From Neoconidiobolus thromboides FSU 785 (lineage: Eukaryota > Fungi > Entomophthoromycota), in contig MU626358.1 of the NCBI GenBank assembly GCA_025603075.1, positions 13,860 through 77,859 on the forward strand: DNA of 64,000 nucleotides. Reading direction: 5' to 3'. Below are positions 63,422-64,000 of this stretch, in pieces. The position numbers were made by a program, and so were the translations under genes. Every line of letters begins with the position of its first letter. Positions within the stretch are counted from its first letter, which is position 1. The notes beneath the pieces were generated by a model, which had not been told where the DNA came from, made no database searches, and saw only the letters and a list, made by a program, of their open reading frames with translations.

Positions 63422-64000
63422 TTAATTTAAGAAATAATCCAAACGACCTTTAGCATAATTTTTGACAACGTTTTTAGCACGAGTGATTAAAGAGCGCTTG
63501 GGTCTGAATTTGTTTCTAACATCAACGATTTTTCTTTTAATAGCTTCATACTCAACTTGTAATTGTGTATATTTGCTTGGGTCTTTGTTCAACACAGTAT
63601 TGAATTTCACGGCTGCATCATTGAGAAGTCCATCAAAACATGCATAGGAATCACAGGCTGGTAATCTTTGGTTTAGGTTGAGTTCAGTAGCAATTGGCCC
63701 ACTTCCAACATCACCTCCGTTATTTCCGCCATTATTACCCCCATTGTTTCCTCCATTATTACCTCCGTTGTTTCCTCCATTATTTCCTCCATTATTTCCT
63801 CCATTATTTCCTCCATTGTTTGGGTTTTTGGCAGCAAATTGCTCTTGAGCTTCCTTAATTCTATTTTGAATTTTAAGCCATTCAGTATTAAGTTCATTAA
63901 TTCTGGATTGATCTTGATTCAAGAGAGTGGTATAAGATTGACTACAAGTATTAAGAATGGTATCAAATTGTTCTCTCTTTGTAACTTGAGAAATCTTTTG
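63422..64000 (-). CDS. 3' part of a repeat protein with a (NNGG)9 linker and KR sites; 5' end beyond the window
   Basis: Frame is open from 64000 to the stop at 63422; two similar ~45-aa helical units flank a 12-bp tandem repeat. Confidence 0.8.
   Translation of the reverse strand, partial: QKISQVTKREQFDTILNTCSQSYTTLLNQDQSRINELNTEWLKIQNRIKEAQEQFAAKNPNNGGNNGGNNGGNNGGNNGGNNGGNNGGNNGGNNGGDVGSGPIATELNLNQRLPACDSYACFDGLLNDAAVKFNTVLNKDPSKYTQLQVEYEAIKRKIVDVRNKFRPKRSLITRAKNVVKNYAKGRLDYFLN
63714..63820. repeat. 12-bp coding tandem repeat encoding (NNGG)9
   Basis: Nine AAYAAYGGNGGN units with synonymous variation. Confidence 0.9.

Noticed and set aside
1-64000. tRNA, rRNA, spliceosomal snRNA, transposase and gag/pol genes
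   Set aside because: Looked by eye for T-loop, U1/U2/U5/U6 and DDE/RT motifs; none found. The rRNA-matching words are snoRNA guides.

Overview
AT-rich, intron-rich fungal chromosome segment with short GT-AG introns and the standard code. Gene content and style suggest an early-diverging fungus such as Conidiobolus/Neoconidiobolus (inference). It carries about 25 protein genes: SHMT, ArsB-like permease, G-beta, ferredoxin, POP8-like, CENP-Q-like, LisH-MBIP-like, Sin1, Gyp8, a five-HTH protein, HSBP1-like, glutaredoxin, carnitine acetyltransferase, RNase H2C, PI-PLC, Utp23, Tvp15-like, class-3 lipase, SET protein, a small membrane protein, FAR-17a/AIG1-like, SCI1-like, Rit1, eIF2D, Efr3 and a truncated repeat protein. 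Several of these are absent from the ORF track. There are also two pseudogenes and a non-coding host gene with two intronic box C/D snoRNAs. Intergenic DNA holds about 23 copies of a ~97-bp palindromic MITE-like element, three times as close inverted pairs, and three ~463-bp solo LTRs. No transposase catalytic domain or gag/pol was found in the window. The most intriguing items are the intronless tandem HTH-array protein, the MITE pairing pattern and LTR adjacency, the snoRNA cluster, the LisH-MBIP fusion, and a KR-punctuated repeat protein at the right edge. All family assignments come from motif recognition by eye; no searches were run.
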